From Terriglobia bacterium (GTDB taxonomy: Bacteria > Acidobacteriota > Terriglobia > Bryobacterales > Bryobacteraceae), in assembly GCA_963842485.1 (NCBI GenBank), contig CAWJHI010000041.1, positions 1,536 through 65,535 on the forward strand: a stretch of DNA of 64,000 nt. The letters are read 5' to 3'. The position numbers were made by a program, and so were the translations under genes. The notes under the pieces are model-generated. The model worked only from the letters and a program-made list of their open reading frames with translations. It was not told where the DNA came from and searched no databases. This document shows, one piece after another, positions 49,808-62,333 of this stretch. Positions within the stretch are counted from its first letter, which is position 1, and each line of letters starts with the position of its first letter.

Positions 49808-50788
49808 CTACAGTGGAACGTCCACCAGCGTGAGGATCTCGCCCAGGATTTTTTCGGCCACTTCCGCCGACCTCTGCGCGATCGCGATGCGCGTGTTCAC
49901 CATGACGCGATGCGCGAAACACCGGCGCCACCAGCCGCTTCACGTCGTCCGGCGTGACGTAATCCCGCCCCTCCACCGCGGCCAAGCGCCTGCGTCGCGC
50001 GATACAGCGCCTGCGCGCCACGCGGGCTCACGCCCATCGACAGCGATTCGTGCTTGCGCGTCTGCTCGACGATCGCGAGCATATAATCGACCAGCGCGTC
50101 ATCCACTGCGACGCGTTGCACCGATTCCTGCAACGCGATCAGCTCGTCTCCGGAAATCACGGCGTGGACGGCGTCGGTTGCGGTCGGCGAGGCTTGGCGC
50201 ACGATCTCGCGCTCCGCGGCGTGATCCGGATAGCCGATGCGAATGCGCATCAGGAACCGGTCTAGCTGCGATTCTGGCAGCGGATAGGTGCCGTGATGCT
50301 CCACCGGATTCTGCGTCGCGATCACCATGAACGGCTGCGCCAGCGGCCAGGAACGGCCGTCGATGGTCACCTGCAATTCGTTCATCGCCTCGAGCAGCGC
50401 CGATTGCGTCTTGGGCGTCGCGCGGTTGATTTCGTCGGCCAGCAGGAAGTTGGTGAAGATGGGACCCTGCTTGAACTCGAACTCCTGGCTGTGCGCGTTG
50501 TAAATGGTCACGCCCAGCACGTCGCTCGGCAGCATGTCGGAGGTGAACTGAAGCCGATGGAAGCTGGAGCGCACGGCGCGCGCCATGCGCGTGCGCAAGC
50601 GTGGTCTTGCCCACGCCGGGAACGTCTTCAATCAGCAGGTGGCCGCGCGCCAGCAGACACGCCAGCGACAGACGCAGCACTTCCGCCTTGCCGCGAATCG
50701 CTTCGCCCAACGCCGATTCGATTTCGGATAACCTGGAGAGCGAAACTGGCGGGCTGTATACGGAGTCCCGCTGGACCATTACTGTCAT
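49808..50788 (-). CDS. second MoxR-family AAA+ ATPase; at least 3 frame breaks
   Basis: Motifs: [80 protein letters not shown]. The tail [19 protein letters not shown]...LTLVDVPL* is reconstructed, with the stop at 49808-49810. Confidence 0.75.
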
Positions 50789-51228
50789 GATAACGAAAAA
50801 ACAGGCATCGAAAATATTGATTCTTCTCGGCCGCGGTTCTGACGGCCGCGGCGCAAACGCACCCGTCACAGGAAGCCGAGATCCGGTCGATTCTTTCCCG
50901 CCAGCAGGCGGCCTGGAATCTGGGCGAGACGGAAGCGTTCCTACAAGGGTACGCGTCGAACACTACGTTCGTCGGCGACAAGATTACGCGCGGCCTGGAG
51001 GAGGTTCGCGTGCGCTACCAGACCCACTACCCCACTCGCGCGTCGATGGGACGCCTGACGTTTTCAGATATCGAGGTCCACATGATGGGCGCCGATTACG
51101 CCTACGTGATCGGACGCTGGCGTCTGGAGCGGACCGCGGAAGGCGGCGGCGATACGGGCGGTATCTACAGTCTGGTGTTTCAAAGAACCGCAAAGGGCTG
51201 GAAGATCATCCTCGATCACACGACTTAA
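50787..51228 (+). CDS. SnoaL-like/DUF4440 (NTF2-fold) protein with signal peptide; one frame break near 50820
   Basis: [36 protein letters not shown]...[12 protein letters not shown]...[22 protein letters not shown]. The N-terminal [12 protein letters not shown] joins [12 protein letters not shown] after a 1-nt shift. Confidence 0.55.
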
Positions 51229-51231
51229 CAC

Positions 51232-51268
51232 AAAAAGAAAAGGGACCGATTTCTCGGCCCCTTTCATT
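51232..51268. terminator. bidirectional intrinsic terminator between convergent genes
   Basis: Stem AAAGGGACCGA (51239-51249) pairs with TCGGCCCCTTT (51254-51264) with one mismatch and loop TTTC. An A-run lies on one side and a T-rich run on the other. Confidence 0.45.
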
Positions 51269-51287
51269 GCGGAAGATACAGCTAAGT

Positions 51288-54200
51288 TTAGAAGCGGAGC
51301 CGCAGCCCGAACTCCATCCAGCGCGCCGATATTCCGTTGCCGCTGGCGTATTGACCCGTCACCACGCCAAACGAGGACGTTCGACTGAATGCTCGCGCTC
51401 GGATTTGCCGGCACGAAGTGATTCAGCGCGTTCACCGACTGAATGATGAGCGTAGCGCCGACGCGCTCCGTGACCCGGACGTCCTTCGAGACGGTCCCGT
51501 CCAGGTTCCAGTACGGGAAGCCTCGAATGACGCCTGCGCCGCCGGACTGTCCATCCAGACCCAAAACAAAGGGCCGGAATTCGGAAGCAACCACCGCCGG
51601 GTTGTTGAACAGGTTGATCCCCGAACCGCCCTTGGCGGGATTGCCGGACGATCCAGGACCTGTCGTAACGCCGTTCAGGAAGTTGTAATAGCCTTCCCCT
51701 GCGTAGCCGCCGGTAAACGGCGCGGCTCCCGCTGCCTGTGAATACTGCTCGGTCTGATCCGCGGTCATGCCGGAGCAAGTGTTGGAGGCGTCGCAGTTAA
51801 CGCGTACTGGCAGGCCCGAACGCGCCGTGAACAGCGGGGACACCGTCCAGCCGCCCAGCACGTGTCCCAGCAGGCCCTTCTGGTTCTTAAAGAAAGGCAC
51901 CTGGTAGAACGACACGAAGTTATAGGTGAACTTGACGTCGAAGGGCTGCACGCCGTATGTACCGAAATTATTGAAATCGAAAGGATTCGGTACCGTGATG
52001 GAACTGCTCGCCTGGACTACGCTCCCGGTCCCCAGAGCGCGGCCCCAGGTGAAGTTCTGCTGGGTGGTCCATCCGTGCCAGTTGGTGGTCTTGAAGGTGG
52101 TAAACAACGCGTTGTAGCTCCCGTGCCCGTAGGAGTTGATGTAGTCGAAGGAGCCCGCAAGCTGTGCGTTCAGGCCCGTTCCCTGGACTTGGTTGAGCAG
52201 CGTCCGGCCCAGAACAAAGCTGGAGGACTTGCCCATATCAGTCCACAGGCTATAGACGTTCGTTGTAGCAATGTTCGACCCTTCGGCGGCCACGACAGCG
52301 GCAGTGCAGCTGGCAGCCGCGGCGCAATATGGCGACTTCGCTCCGCCCATAGCCGCCTCAAAGAACGGTTGAGGGGTCACGGCGGCCGAGTTCTTGTTGC
52401 AGGTAGCCGTAGAGCTCGCACCTTGCAGTCCGCAATACTCCGTGTAGACGGCAGCGTAGGCTTGCGCGAAGCTCTGCCCACCCAGCGTAGTCATCGTCGG
52501 CAGCGCATCGATGTTGACCTCCTGGAATTCATTGCTGATCTTGCGGCCGATATAGCCGACTTCCAGGAACAGCTTCGAAGAGAACGACCGCTGGACCGTG
52601 AGAGTGAATTCGTCGGAATGATTCGGCCTCAGATTCGGATCGAGCTGCGATCCGTCGGCGGCCGCGGCATTCAGGATTCCGTTCTGGACCGAACCGGGGA
52701 CGAACGGCTGCGGAAACGTCTGAGTTACCGAAGGCAGCGGCGCATTCAAGCCGTCCACGCCGACGCGGAACGCCGTGGCAAGCGTCGCGCCGCCAGGCCC
52801 GGCGCAGGTTCCCGTGATAGTCGGGCCGACGCACGCCACAGCCTGGAGCAAGCCGGGGCCGAGCAGCGGCACCAGCATGAGGTCCACGCCGTTCAGCCGG
52901 CCGTAAATGCGGCCGTACCCGCCGCGGATAACCGTATTGTTATCGCCCGAATACTTTGGCCATGAAACCGTCGCTGAAGTTCGGATTCCAGGCCAGCGAT
53001 GCGTGCGGGCTGAATCCGCCATAGAACGGAGTGTAAGGATACTTGTTCTGGCCGCCCGCTGCGTTCCCGATGAGATCGAAGCCGATTTGAGGCTGGTAAA
53101 CCGATCCCGCCAGCGCCGCTGTCTCCTTTTGAGTCAGATAAGACTTGAGGCCGATCGGATTCCCGGCGGCATCCACCATTTCCACCTGCTTGCCGTTGAG
53201 TTCATACGGCGGCATCGAGAGATCGTAGGTGAGGCCGTAGCTGATCGTTACATGCGGCTTCACGTGCCAGGTGTCGCTGATAAACAAGTTGTAGCTGGGA
53301 ATAATGCTGTCGTCGAACCCCGCTTCGCCCGGCGGATTCAGGGTCAGGGCCTGGCCGCTGCGCGTATACATTACCTGAGTCTGAGTCACCGTTCCGGTCA
53401 CCTGATCGAACAGGACTTGGTAGTTCGCGAGGTCGGCCGACGCCGCACCCGCCGGCAGGGTATAGGCAGAACTGCTGATGCCGGTGCCCAAAGTAGTGCT
53501 GCCCGTGATATAGGCGGCCGAGGTGTCGATTCCCACTCCGTTGTCGTTGCGCCCGTGGATATCGTGGTTGCGCTGGTAGGTGCCGCCGTACTGGAACAGG
53601 TGATTCCCGTGCAGTTGGTTCAGGCTGTCATTCAGGAAGTAATCATGACCGCGCCAGTACCGCTGGCGAGCGTCCTGCGAATCGACATTATAGGGTAGCA
53701 GCGCGTTCGCCGACTCACCGCCGGGCTCGATCACGCCGCCTAGTCCGGCAACCTGCGGCGGACCGGCCTGCGTCTGCCAATTCCAGTAGTTGCGCAGATA
53801 GCTGAAGTGTATGTCGTTGGTAATATTGGCGCTGATGGTCGTCGAGAGACCCGTAACCCAATAGCCCGGTTTCTGCGGACGAATTCCATAAGCGGTGTAC
53901 TGTCCCGCGGTCGAGCCCGGGAGCAGACCGCCCATGTCTGTTTGTACACTCACCAGTTGGTTGAAATCGTAATACCGGTAGCTGACGAAGAACCTGTTCT
54001 TGTCGCCGAAGTCATGGTCGATTTTGCCCACAATGAACTTCGAGTTCTGCGGGATCGACAGAGGGGCGAGATACCCGCCCGAGTTGGCCCCCGGTCCGTA
54101 TCCGTCCCCCGGAGTGCCGGTTGTGTAAGAGGGATCGTTGGGCAGCGGCATGGTGGCCCAGATCTTCTGCATCAAGGGGTTCACGCCGAGCCCGCGAGGA

Positions 54201-55402
54201 TCGCACGACGACGTCGCGCCGCACCCGGGATAGGTCACGCCGTTCACCGTAACGGGAGCCGTATTGATGTTGTACCCCGTGAGAACGCCAGCCGAGTTCG
54301 GCATCGTGATGATGCCATCCCGGTATGCCGCCGAGGGACTTGCTCGCTCGAACGCTTGGTTGTTCGGGAAAGCCATGGCTTCATAGTTGGAGAAGAAAAA
54401 CCACTTCCCGCCCAGGAAGGCCTTGGGGAATATGGGACCGCCAAGCGCTCCGCCGTAACGATTGCGATGCGCGGACGGAAGCGGGGTGTCCGCGGTGTGA
54501 GTCTGCGCGTCGGGCGTATGATTGTTCTTCCACGTATTCGCCGCGCCCACGTCCGTGCTGAAATAATATTCGTACGCGGCGCCGTGGAACGTGTTGGTTC
54601 CGCGCTTGGTAACCATCTGGACCTGGCTGCCGGCCGCGGAGCCGAAGTCCGCGCCTTGGCCGAGCGTGCCGACCTTGAACTCTTCGATGCTCTCCACCGG
54701 AGTCGGAATCACGCCCGTCGGCGTGCCGCCGGTCCCGGCCGTGCCCGCATAGCCATTGCCGGGAGTATAGGTAGCGTTGCCGCCGGCCATATCGTCGCTG
54801 TTATTGCCGCCGTCAAGCTGGAACTTGTTCTGGTCCGTCGCAGCGCCGGCCACGTTGCCGTCGAGCGAGACGCCGACTTGCAGCACCGCCAGATACGACG
54901 CGTCGCGCGCCAGGTTCGGCAACAAATTCAGAGACTCGTTCCTGATCGTGCTCCCGACCGTCGCGTTCAAGGTCTGAAGTTCCGCGCCTGCCGTAGCCTG
55001 CACCTCGACGGTGGTCGTGGTGGCGCCAATCCCCAGCGGGACGTTGAGCGTCAGCACCTGCCCCACTTCAACGTGCTGGTTCGAAAACTTCGCGGCGGTG
55101 AACCCCTGCTTCGAGACGGTGATATCGTAATCGCCCGGCGGAACGTTGGGGACCGTGTATCGTCCCACTTCGTTCGTCACCGTGCCGCGGGTACTGTTCG
55201 TCGCCGGGTCTACGATCTTGATGTCGGCTCCCGCGATGACCGCGTTCTGCTGATCGGTGACCTGCCCTGTGATAGTGCCCGCCGCTTGCGCCATAGCTGG
55301 AGTCGCGCTCACACTGAGTAGCATCCCCACGCACAGCACCATGACGATCGCCGACAAAATCGAAGCAATACCCGCATGATTGAGCTTAGAGCCCGATCTC
55401 AT
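51288..55402 (-). CDS. CarboxypepD_reg-domain TonB-dependent receptor (~1370 aa); at least 2 frame breaks (about 52960, 51375)
   Basis: GGGAGG lies 8 nt before ATG 55402. Signal peptide ...ATPAMAQAAG. N-terminal motifs: GTITGQVTDQQNAVIAGADIKIVDPATNSTRGTVTNEVGRYTVPNVPPGDYDITVSKQGF. Mid-protein SLAWNPNF...KVFG|DNNTVIRGGYGRIYG is joined by deleting one G. The C-terminus FGVVTGQYASGNGISARWMEFGLRLRF* is restored by a 1-nt shift. Confidence 0.8.
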
Positions 55403-55498
55403 GGAACCTACCTCCCTGGAATTCACGTTATTTTGCGTTGTCCAACAACAGACCGACCCAACCCCTGGCCGATTTCCAAACAAAAGTCCGTTTCGTCG

Positions 55499-55528
55499 AT
55501 TCTATGGCCGGACAGCTTACCGTGTCAA
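55499..55528 (-). promoter_or_regulatory. possible sigma70 promoter TTGACA-17 nt-ATAGAA(T) for the TonB receptor
   Basis: On the minus strand: TTGACA at 55528-55523, a 17-nt spacer, and ATAGAAT at 55505-55499. This implies a 5' UTR of about 90 nt. Confidence 0.35.
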
Positions 55529-55702
55529 GAAGTATTTCACTATTATGAGTTTGCAGTGTTTTTTTCCTGAAACTGGAAGCCTCAAAACAGCTGAATCCGG
55601 GAAATGGAAGCGCTAAGAGTTTGTTTCTTTCCAAACCAACTCGGAATTGCTTCAAGCTACCCACGATTGCGGGTATAGGAGACAGAGAGTCCCAGGACCA
55701 GC

Positions 55703-58700
55703 CTACTGCGCAATCAGCTCCCGCCGCGCACCGATGTGGCGCAGACAGCGGTCGACCCATTGCTTGGTCAGCTTCTCCTGCACCCCATTCTGGGAGAGGC
55801 GCGTCCGCAGATTCCCCCAGTCGACCGAGTCGAGCGACTGGTCCTGATTGAAGCAGGAAAAGACGACGGTCTCTTCCCCGGTCACCGGGTCTTTATGCAG
55901 TTGCAGACACTGAGCGCAAATCTCCTTCATCATGCACTGCATCGGCGAGTTGATACTGCCGATCGCCTTATGATTCGGATTCAGATACGGGGCCAGCGTG
56001 GTGTGCCGCGCACGCGCCACCGCACCCATCATGGCGTCCGAGCCGATCGCCACCACGCGGTCGACCGAATGGAGGGGGATCTCCGGCTCTTCCTCAGTAT
56101 CCAGGGAAATCCCGCGCAGGTCGCCGCGGCCGTACGCAGCGATGGCTTCGACGATGTTTCCGACGAAGGCTTTGTCCTGCACGCGACTTGGCGTAAATCC
56201 CGGAGCTTCGTCACAGCACCATATCACCACGTCGGCCGCTTTTTCGATCTCTTCGACTTTATAGCGATCGATGATCTTCTTGTACCCGGCAAAATAAATC
56301 GTGCGAGAACCGCTGGCGCGAAGCTCTTGGCCAATGGAGAACAACACCGCGTTGCCCAACCCGCCGCCCACCAGCAGCACGGTTTCCTTGGATGGAGTCT
56401 CGGTCGGCGTTCCCGTGGGGCCCATCAGAATCACAGGCTCACCCGGCTGAAGCAGCGCGCACAAATCCGACGACCCGCCCATTTCGAGGACGATGGTCGA
56501 AAGCAGTCCGGCCTGCCGGTCCACCGAAGCGCCGGTCAGCGCCAAGCCTTCCATCGCTAAAGATGTCCCGTTCGCGCGCGGTGCCAGCGTTTCGTAGTTT
56601 TGCAGCCGATAAAACTGGCCCGGCCGGAACGCACGCGCGGCCAAGGGGGCTTTCACCACCACTTCGACAATCGTGGGCGTCAGCCGGATCACTTCGTGGA
56701 CCACGGCTCGCAAGTCGCCGTTCAAAGCGGCAAGGTTAGCTTCCGTAGGCGGCCGCCGAGCCAGGATTCGCGACACCACCGGATACCCCTGTTTTGCACT
56801 AGCCATCGCCTTGACGACGTTGCCCGCGTAGGACGGATGCAGATCCCCAAAGAAGCTGATGCCGCGGCCGTCTTTTCGAAGCGACATCAGAACGCGCGCC
56901 GCCGCAGGCTTCGCCACGCGTTCCGGTTTCACTGGCTGGCCGTGTTCGTCCACTGCCTGGAACCATTTACCGTCCAGGAAAACGTTGTGCGGATCTTCGC
57001 GGCCGAGCACTGTATTCGGCTGCGTACCGGCCGCCACCAGGATCGCTTTTGCCGGAATGCGTACCGGCTCGCCCGCAGAATTCTTCAGGTGTAGCGCCGC
57101 GGCGTGCCCGTATTTGTCGACTTCGACCGATTCGGGCGTCAGGCTCTCCGCGAATCGAATCCCCTCTTGGAGCGCCAGGGCGACTTCTTCGTGGTTCAGC
57201 GTATAGCTGGGGGAATCGATCATCCGGCGCCGGTACGCGATGGTGACGCCGCCCCAGGAGTCCAGCAGTTTTATCAGATGCGGCTTGCGTTCCCCGGCCG
57301 CCGCGGAGGCTCTCTCGGCGCGGATAGCCCGGGCGTGCGCCAGAAATTCATCAGCGGTTTCGTTTTCTTCCGGCGCTCCAATTCGCTCTGACATCGTGTT
57401 TCTCTGCCGCCAGCGCTTCGTATCGCGCCAGGAATTTTTCGACCTGTACGACGTAATAGGCCAGACGATTCTGTCGCCGTATCGATCGCGGTCAGGCCTC
57501 CGCCGATCACCACCACCGGCATGCGCAGTTGCAGATTCGCGACCGAACTGGCTTTCGCCGCGCCAGTCAACTGGAGCGCCATCAGAAAATCCGACGCCTG
57601 ACGGACGCCGCGAGCCAGTCCGTTCTTCATCGGAATCACCGTCGGGCGTCCGGCGCCCGCGCACAGCGCCACGTGATCGAAGCCGAGGTCGAAGGCGCTG
57701 TCCACCGTTAACGTGCCGCCGAAGCGGACACCGCCGAACATCGAAAACTGCGAGCGGCGCTCCAGCAGCAGGCGGATGATTTTCAAGAAATTCTTGTTCC
57801 AGCGGACCGTGATGCCGTACTCGGCCACCCCCCCGAATCCCGCCATCACGCGGTCGTCAAGCGATTCGTACAGATCGTTCGCGTCGCGAATCGGCCGGAA
57901 CGGCACGCGTTCGCCTAGCGGAGTCACACCCGAAACACCTTCATCCAGAGGTTCGATTTTTAGGCCGTCGACGGCGACTACTGTGTGTCCGTCGTTCATC
58001 AGGTGATGCGAAAGCGTGAACCCCGCAGGCCCCAGGCCGACGACAAGCACCTTGTAGCCCGAGGCCGGTTTTGGCGCCGGACGCCGGAAGTGGAGCGGGT
58101 TCCAACGCGTCAATAGACTGTAGATCTCGAATCCCCAGGGCAGTTCCAGAACATCCTTGAGCGTCCGTGTTTCCACCTGCGGAATATCCACCGGCTCCTG
58201 CTTCTGGAAAATGCAAGACTTCATGCAGTCGTTGCAGATGCGATGTCCGGTGCCCGCGGCCATGGGATTGTCAATGGTGACGATCGCCAGCGCGCCAATG
58301 GAATTGCCGCGCTGCTTGATCACATTCATTTCCGATATTTTCTCTTCTAGCGGGCACCCGGCCAGCGTGATACCGAACGGGCTCAGCTTGAACGCGCCGT
58401 TTTTCTCCTTGAGACCAGTGGAGCAGGAATCCTTGCCTTGGTTGTGGCACTTAATGCAGTAGTGGGCCTGATCGAGCGCCGCCGTCAGATCCATGCCAGC
58501 ATCGGTGAGCTTGAACCCTTCACGATGGCGCAGCCGGTCCTCGGGAAGCGCCAGACGAGCGATCCCGTCAACGTTAACGGTTTCTACTGGAATCAGGTGG
58601 TTTACGTCGACCTTGTGTGGAACGCGGAACAGCACTTCGTGATGATGTTTGGCCCGGCCGGCCGGAGACAGCGCGGCCCAAGCTGCATATCGTTGCGCCA

Positions 58701-59181
58701 CTGAGAGTTGCGCCGAATGCCTGGTCTCGTTGTCCAACCATCGTGAAACGTGCGCGATGAAGCTCCGCTCAGTGACTTGTTCATTGAAGAACTCGGCCAG
58801 TTCGGTGCCGAGGGCCGGGCCATCCAGCGCCGCAGCCTGCTCCGCAGTCACGCCGCTGATCGCTTTTTTTTGAATGAATCTCCGTTTCAGCGCATACAGC
58901 GGTTCTAGGGCGCTGTGCTTCGCCTGCAAGTCGCGAACTTCCGCGGTGACCCGGAACAGATCGGCAACAAAATCTTCGACGTGGGGAGCCAGGGCAACGA
59001 TCAGATCGGCGGTCGCCTTGCGGTCCGGCGGATTCGCCCTGGCGTCCATCAAACGGTTGAACAGACCGGCATCCCCGGCCTTGAGCTGTTCGGCAAAGCA
59101 CGCGTCCAGGCGCGTCAGGCCGTCGCGGCGGTAGAGGTCGTCGAAAGAAAAACCCCAGTTTAGGTTCAGCACGGTATCCAT
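55703..59181 (-). CDS. fused GltD/NfnB-like (Fe-S, FAD, NAD(P)H) and PyrK/NfnA-like (FAD, 2Fe-2S) oxidoreductase with extra N-terminal domain; at least 2 frame breaks near 57410-57470
   Basis: ORFs 57274-59214 and 55703-57664 join. Cys clusters: YCIKCHNQGKDSC...GCP and HRICNDCMKSC. Dinucleotide folds: YKVLVVGLGPAGF and MPVVVIGGGLTAID. The C-terminal part has FRPGQFYRLQ, VLLVGGGLGNAVLFS and CMMKEICAQC...FSC. Confidence 0.7.
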
Positions 59182-59328
59182 TAGATGCGCTATAGGGTTA
59201 AGAAGAACGCCCAAAGCTCAAAGAAGAACGAGCAACTAGTCGTAAATGCAATTATAACAAGCGGCTCTGCTACATTAACAATTCGTCCCCAATTTGATCA
59301 AACCTTCATGCACTCTTTTTCTCACGCA

Positions 59329-60787
59329 ATGATCATCGGAGCGGGGCCCGCTGGCTTGACAGCCGCCTACCTCCTGGCCAGACAAGGACTACCGGTGACC
59401 GTTCTGGAGGCCGATCCGGCCTACGTCGGAGGCATATCGCGGACCGTCCAATATCGTGGATTTCATTTCGACATCGGCGGCCACCGGTTCTTTTCGAAGT
59501 CGAAGGAAGTCGAGGATTTCTGGACCGAAATCCTGGGCGACGACCTGCTCGACGCGCCCGCGCTCCTCGCGGATTTACTATAACGGGAAATTTTTCAGCT
59601 ACCCACTGAAGGCGCTCGAGGTCCTTCGCAAACTTGGAATCATCGAATCGACCCACTGCGTGCTGTCGTATGCAGGGCCAGGCTCGCGCCTCACCAGAGC
59701 CGAAGTCGTTCGAGGACTGGGTGACCAATCAGTTCGGACAGGCGCCTGTTCAGCATTTTCTTTCAAGACCTACACCGAGAAGGTGTGGGGCATGAACTGC
59801 AAAGAGATCTCCGCCGATTGGGCGGCGCAGAGAATCAAAGGGCTGTCGCTCGCCGCGCGATCAGGAACGCGGTTTTTCCACCACGCGTGCCCAAGGATCG
59901 TTCCCAGGTCATCAAGACTCTGATCGACACGTTCCGTTATCCGCGACGAGGTCCCGGAATGATGTGGGAACGCTGCGCGGCGGAGGTCCGGGAAATGGGC
60001 GGAAAAGTCGTCATGGGCCGACGCGTGACCGGCTGCCGTTACGACTGACGCAAACCGCACCTGGACCGTCACGGTCACGGACCCGGATGGCAAAACAGAA
60101 AAATTTTCGAGCGAGCACGTGATCTCTTCCATGCCCATCCGCGAGCTCGGCGCGATCGTGGAACCGGCGTTCTCGGATGCCGCCCGCACAGCTTCCCAGT
60201 CCCTGCGATATCGCGATTTCGTCACCGTCGGCCTGATTCTCGAAGACCGGAATCTGTTCGCCGACAACTGGATCTACATCCACGACCCCAAGGTGAAGGT
60301 CGGGCGCATTCAGAATTACAAATCCTGGTCGCCCGAAATGGTCCCCGATCCGAAATATTGCTGCTACGGCCTTGAGTATTTCTGTTTCGAAGGCGACCAG
60401 ACCTGGAACATGCCCGACGCGGAACTGATCGACCTGGCCAAGCGCGAATTGGAGAAAATCGGCTTGTGTTCCGCCGGTCAGGTCACGGATGGCTGCGTGA
60501 TCCGGCAGTCGAAGGCGTATCCGGTCTACGACGACGATTACTCCAAGCACGTCGCGGTGGTTCGGGACGAGATCGAATCGCGCTTCCCCGGCCTGCACCT
60601 GGTGGGCCGCAACGGGATGCACAAGTACAACAACCAGGATCACGCCATGATGACGGCGATGCTGACGGCGCGCAACATCATCGCAGGCCGCCGCCAGTAC
60701 GACGTCTGGCAAGTGAATCAGGACGCCGAGTATCACGAATCCGGCGCCGCAGGCGGATTAAGAATGGTCCCGACGCGCGTCCGTTAG
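59329..60787 (+). CDS. NAD(P)/FAD-dependent oxidoreductase (amine-oxidase/protoporphyrinogen-oxidase-like fold); at least 4 frame breaks
   Basis: Motifs: [86 protein letters not shown]. Assembled from ORFs 59185-59583, 59456-59923, 59785-60048 and 60119-60787. Confidence 0.65.
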
Positions 60788-60909
60788 CAGCATTACGTGC
60801 CGTGCCTATAATGGCCATCCGCAAGTCTAAAATGAACCGCGACCGCAGGGAGCGGTTAATCTCCCGCCGTGAGAAGGAACCCAACTAGCTGGAGCACTGG
60901 GACGGCACA

Positions 60910-62297
60910 TTAGCGGACCGTTAGCCGCTGATCCACGACCATAATCCGAGGACCCGTTTCCGCTTCGCCGCACTGCGGCAGCGCGCGCCCGGCGTAATAA
61001 TTCAACCCGTATTCCCAATCGCGCCGGACGTTTTCCAGGCACGCTCCCGACCGGATGACTCGCGCGCCAGAACGCGCGCACGGAAACGCGCTCGTCCAGG
61101 ATCGGATACGTTTTCGTTTTCAAATAAGCGACACCCGAAGACGACGCTCAGCCCCGCGGCGATCATCGCCAGATTCGATCTTTCCCGCCACGCGAGCCAC
61201 CACACCAGCGCGGCCGGCAGTATGAAGGATAACCCGGGTCCGAACACGAACGGAGCTTTTCTGACGCCGGACAGCAGCGCTTCGGGCAGGGCCGCGGCGA
61301 TCGCTGGAAGAGCGCCCAGCATCATCACGCTTGCCAGCAGCCACCAACGAGCCGTTGCGCCGGCTTTGTCGACGGCCACGGCCAGCACGATCGCCAGCGG
61401 AGGCATCATCGGCAGCGCGTAGCCGGGCAGTTTGTTTTTCGCGACGGAAAAGAACAGGAAGGTGTACGTCAGCCAAGCCACCAGGAAGCGGACTCGTACG
61501 TCGTCGTAACGTCTTTCGCCGCAGCAGCAGCCCGGCGAGCGGGCTCCACGGAAACAAGCCGCCAAGAATCACCGGCAGGTAAAACCAAAACGGTTGCACG
61601 TGCTGCAAGGAGGACGAAAAGAAGCGCAGGAGCTGCTGCTTCCAAACGTAGTCCTGCCAGAAACCCGAGCCGTTTCGCATCCAACAGAGCAGATGCCATG
61701 GCGCCGCTACGGCGATGCAGCCGGCGAGGGTGGTCCAGCCTTTTCCCGCGCTCGACCAGGAACATCGGCAGAAACAGCACCACCGGCACGAAACCCTTGC
61801 CGAGAATCGCCAGACCGAGCAATGCGCCTGAGACATAGCCCTGTCGACGCCGTGTATCGAAGATGGCGATGAGCATCGCCGCGGCGAAGGTCGCGGCCAT
61901 CGGAAGGTCGGTAACGGCCACGAAACTGTAGGCGAGCCACCCGGCGCTGGTGGCCAGAATGGTGGTGGCAGCGATCGCGGTGCGAAAGGAAAATTCGTGC
62001 AGAATCAGATTGAAAAAGAAAATCAGAAACGCAACGCTCAACAATGCCACAGGCAATCTGGCTGCCCATTCATCGGGAAGGTGCAAGAAGCGCCCTGCCG
62101 CGATCATCCAAAACAGCAGCGGAGGCTTTTCAAACCACGGCTTTCCGTCCAGGCGCGGAGTGACGAAATCATGCGAACGCGCCATTTCGCGGCCGACGGA
62201 GGCATAGCGCGGCTCGTCCGGAAGGAGCAATCCGACGCCGCCGAGGTCGAGCAGATACAGGACCAGTAGAGGAAAGATCAGCCAGCTTCGCGACAAG
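60910..62297 (-). CDS. family-39 glycosyltransferase (ArnT/PMT-like, polyprenyl-phosphate-sugar dependent); at least 4 frame breaks
   Basis: Motifs: LLLPDEPRYASVGREMARSHDFVTPRLDGKPWFEKPPLLFWMIAAG, many TM segments, AKNKLPGYALPMMP. Assembled from ORFs 61469-62548, 61120-61836, 61002-61565 and 60827-61123. The TTG start at 62297 is uncertain. Confidence 0.65.
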
Positions 62298-62333
62298 TCT
62301 TCAGTATAATGTTGCGCAGGGAGAGTGTTCGGA

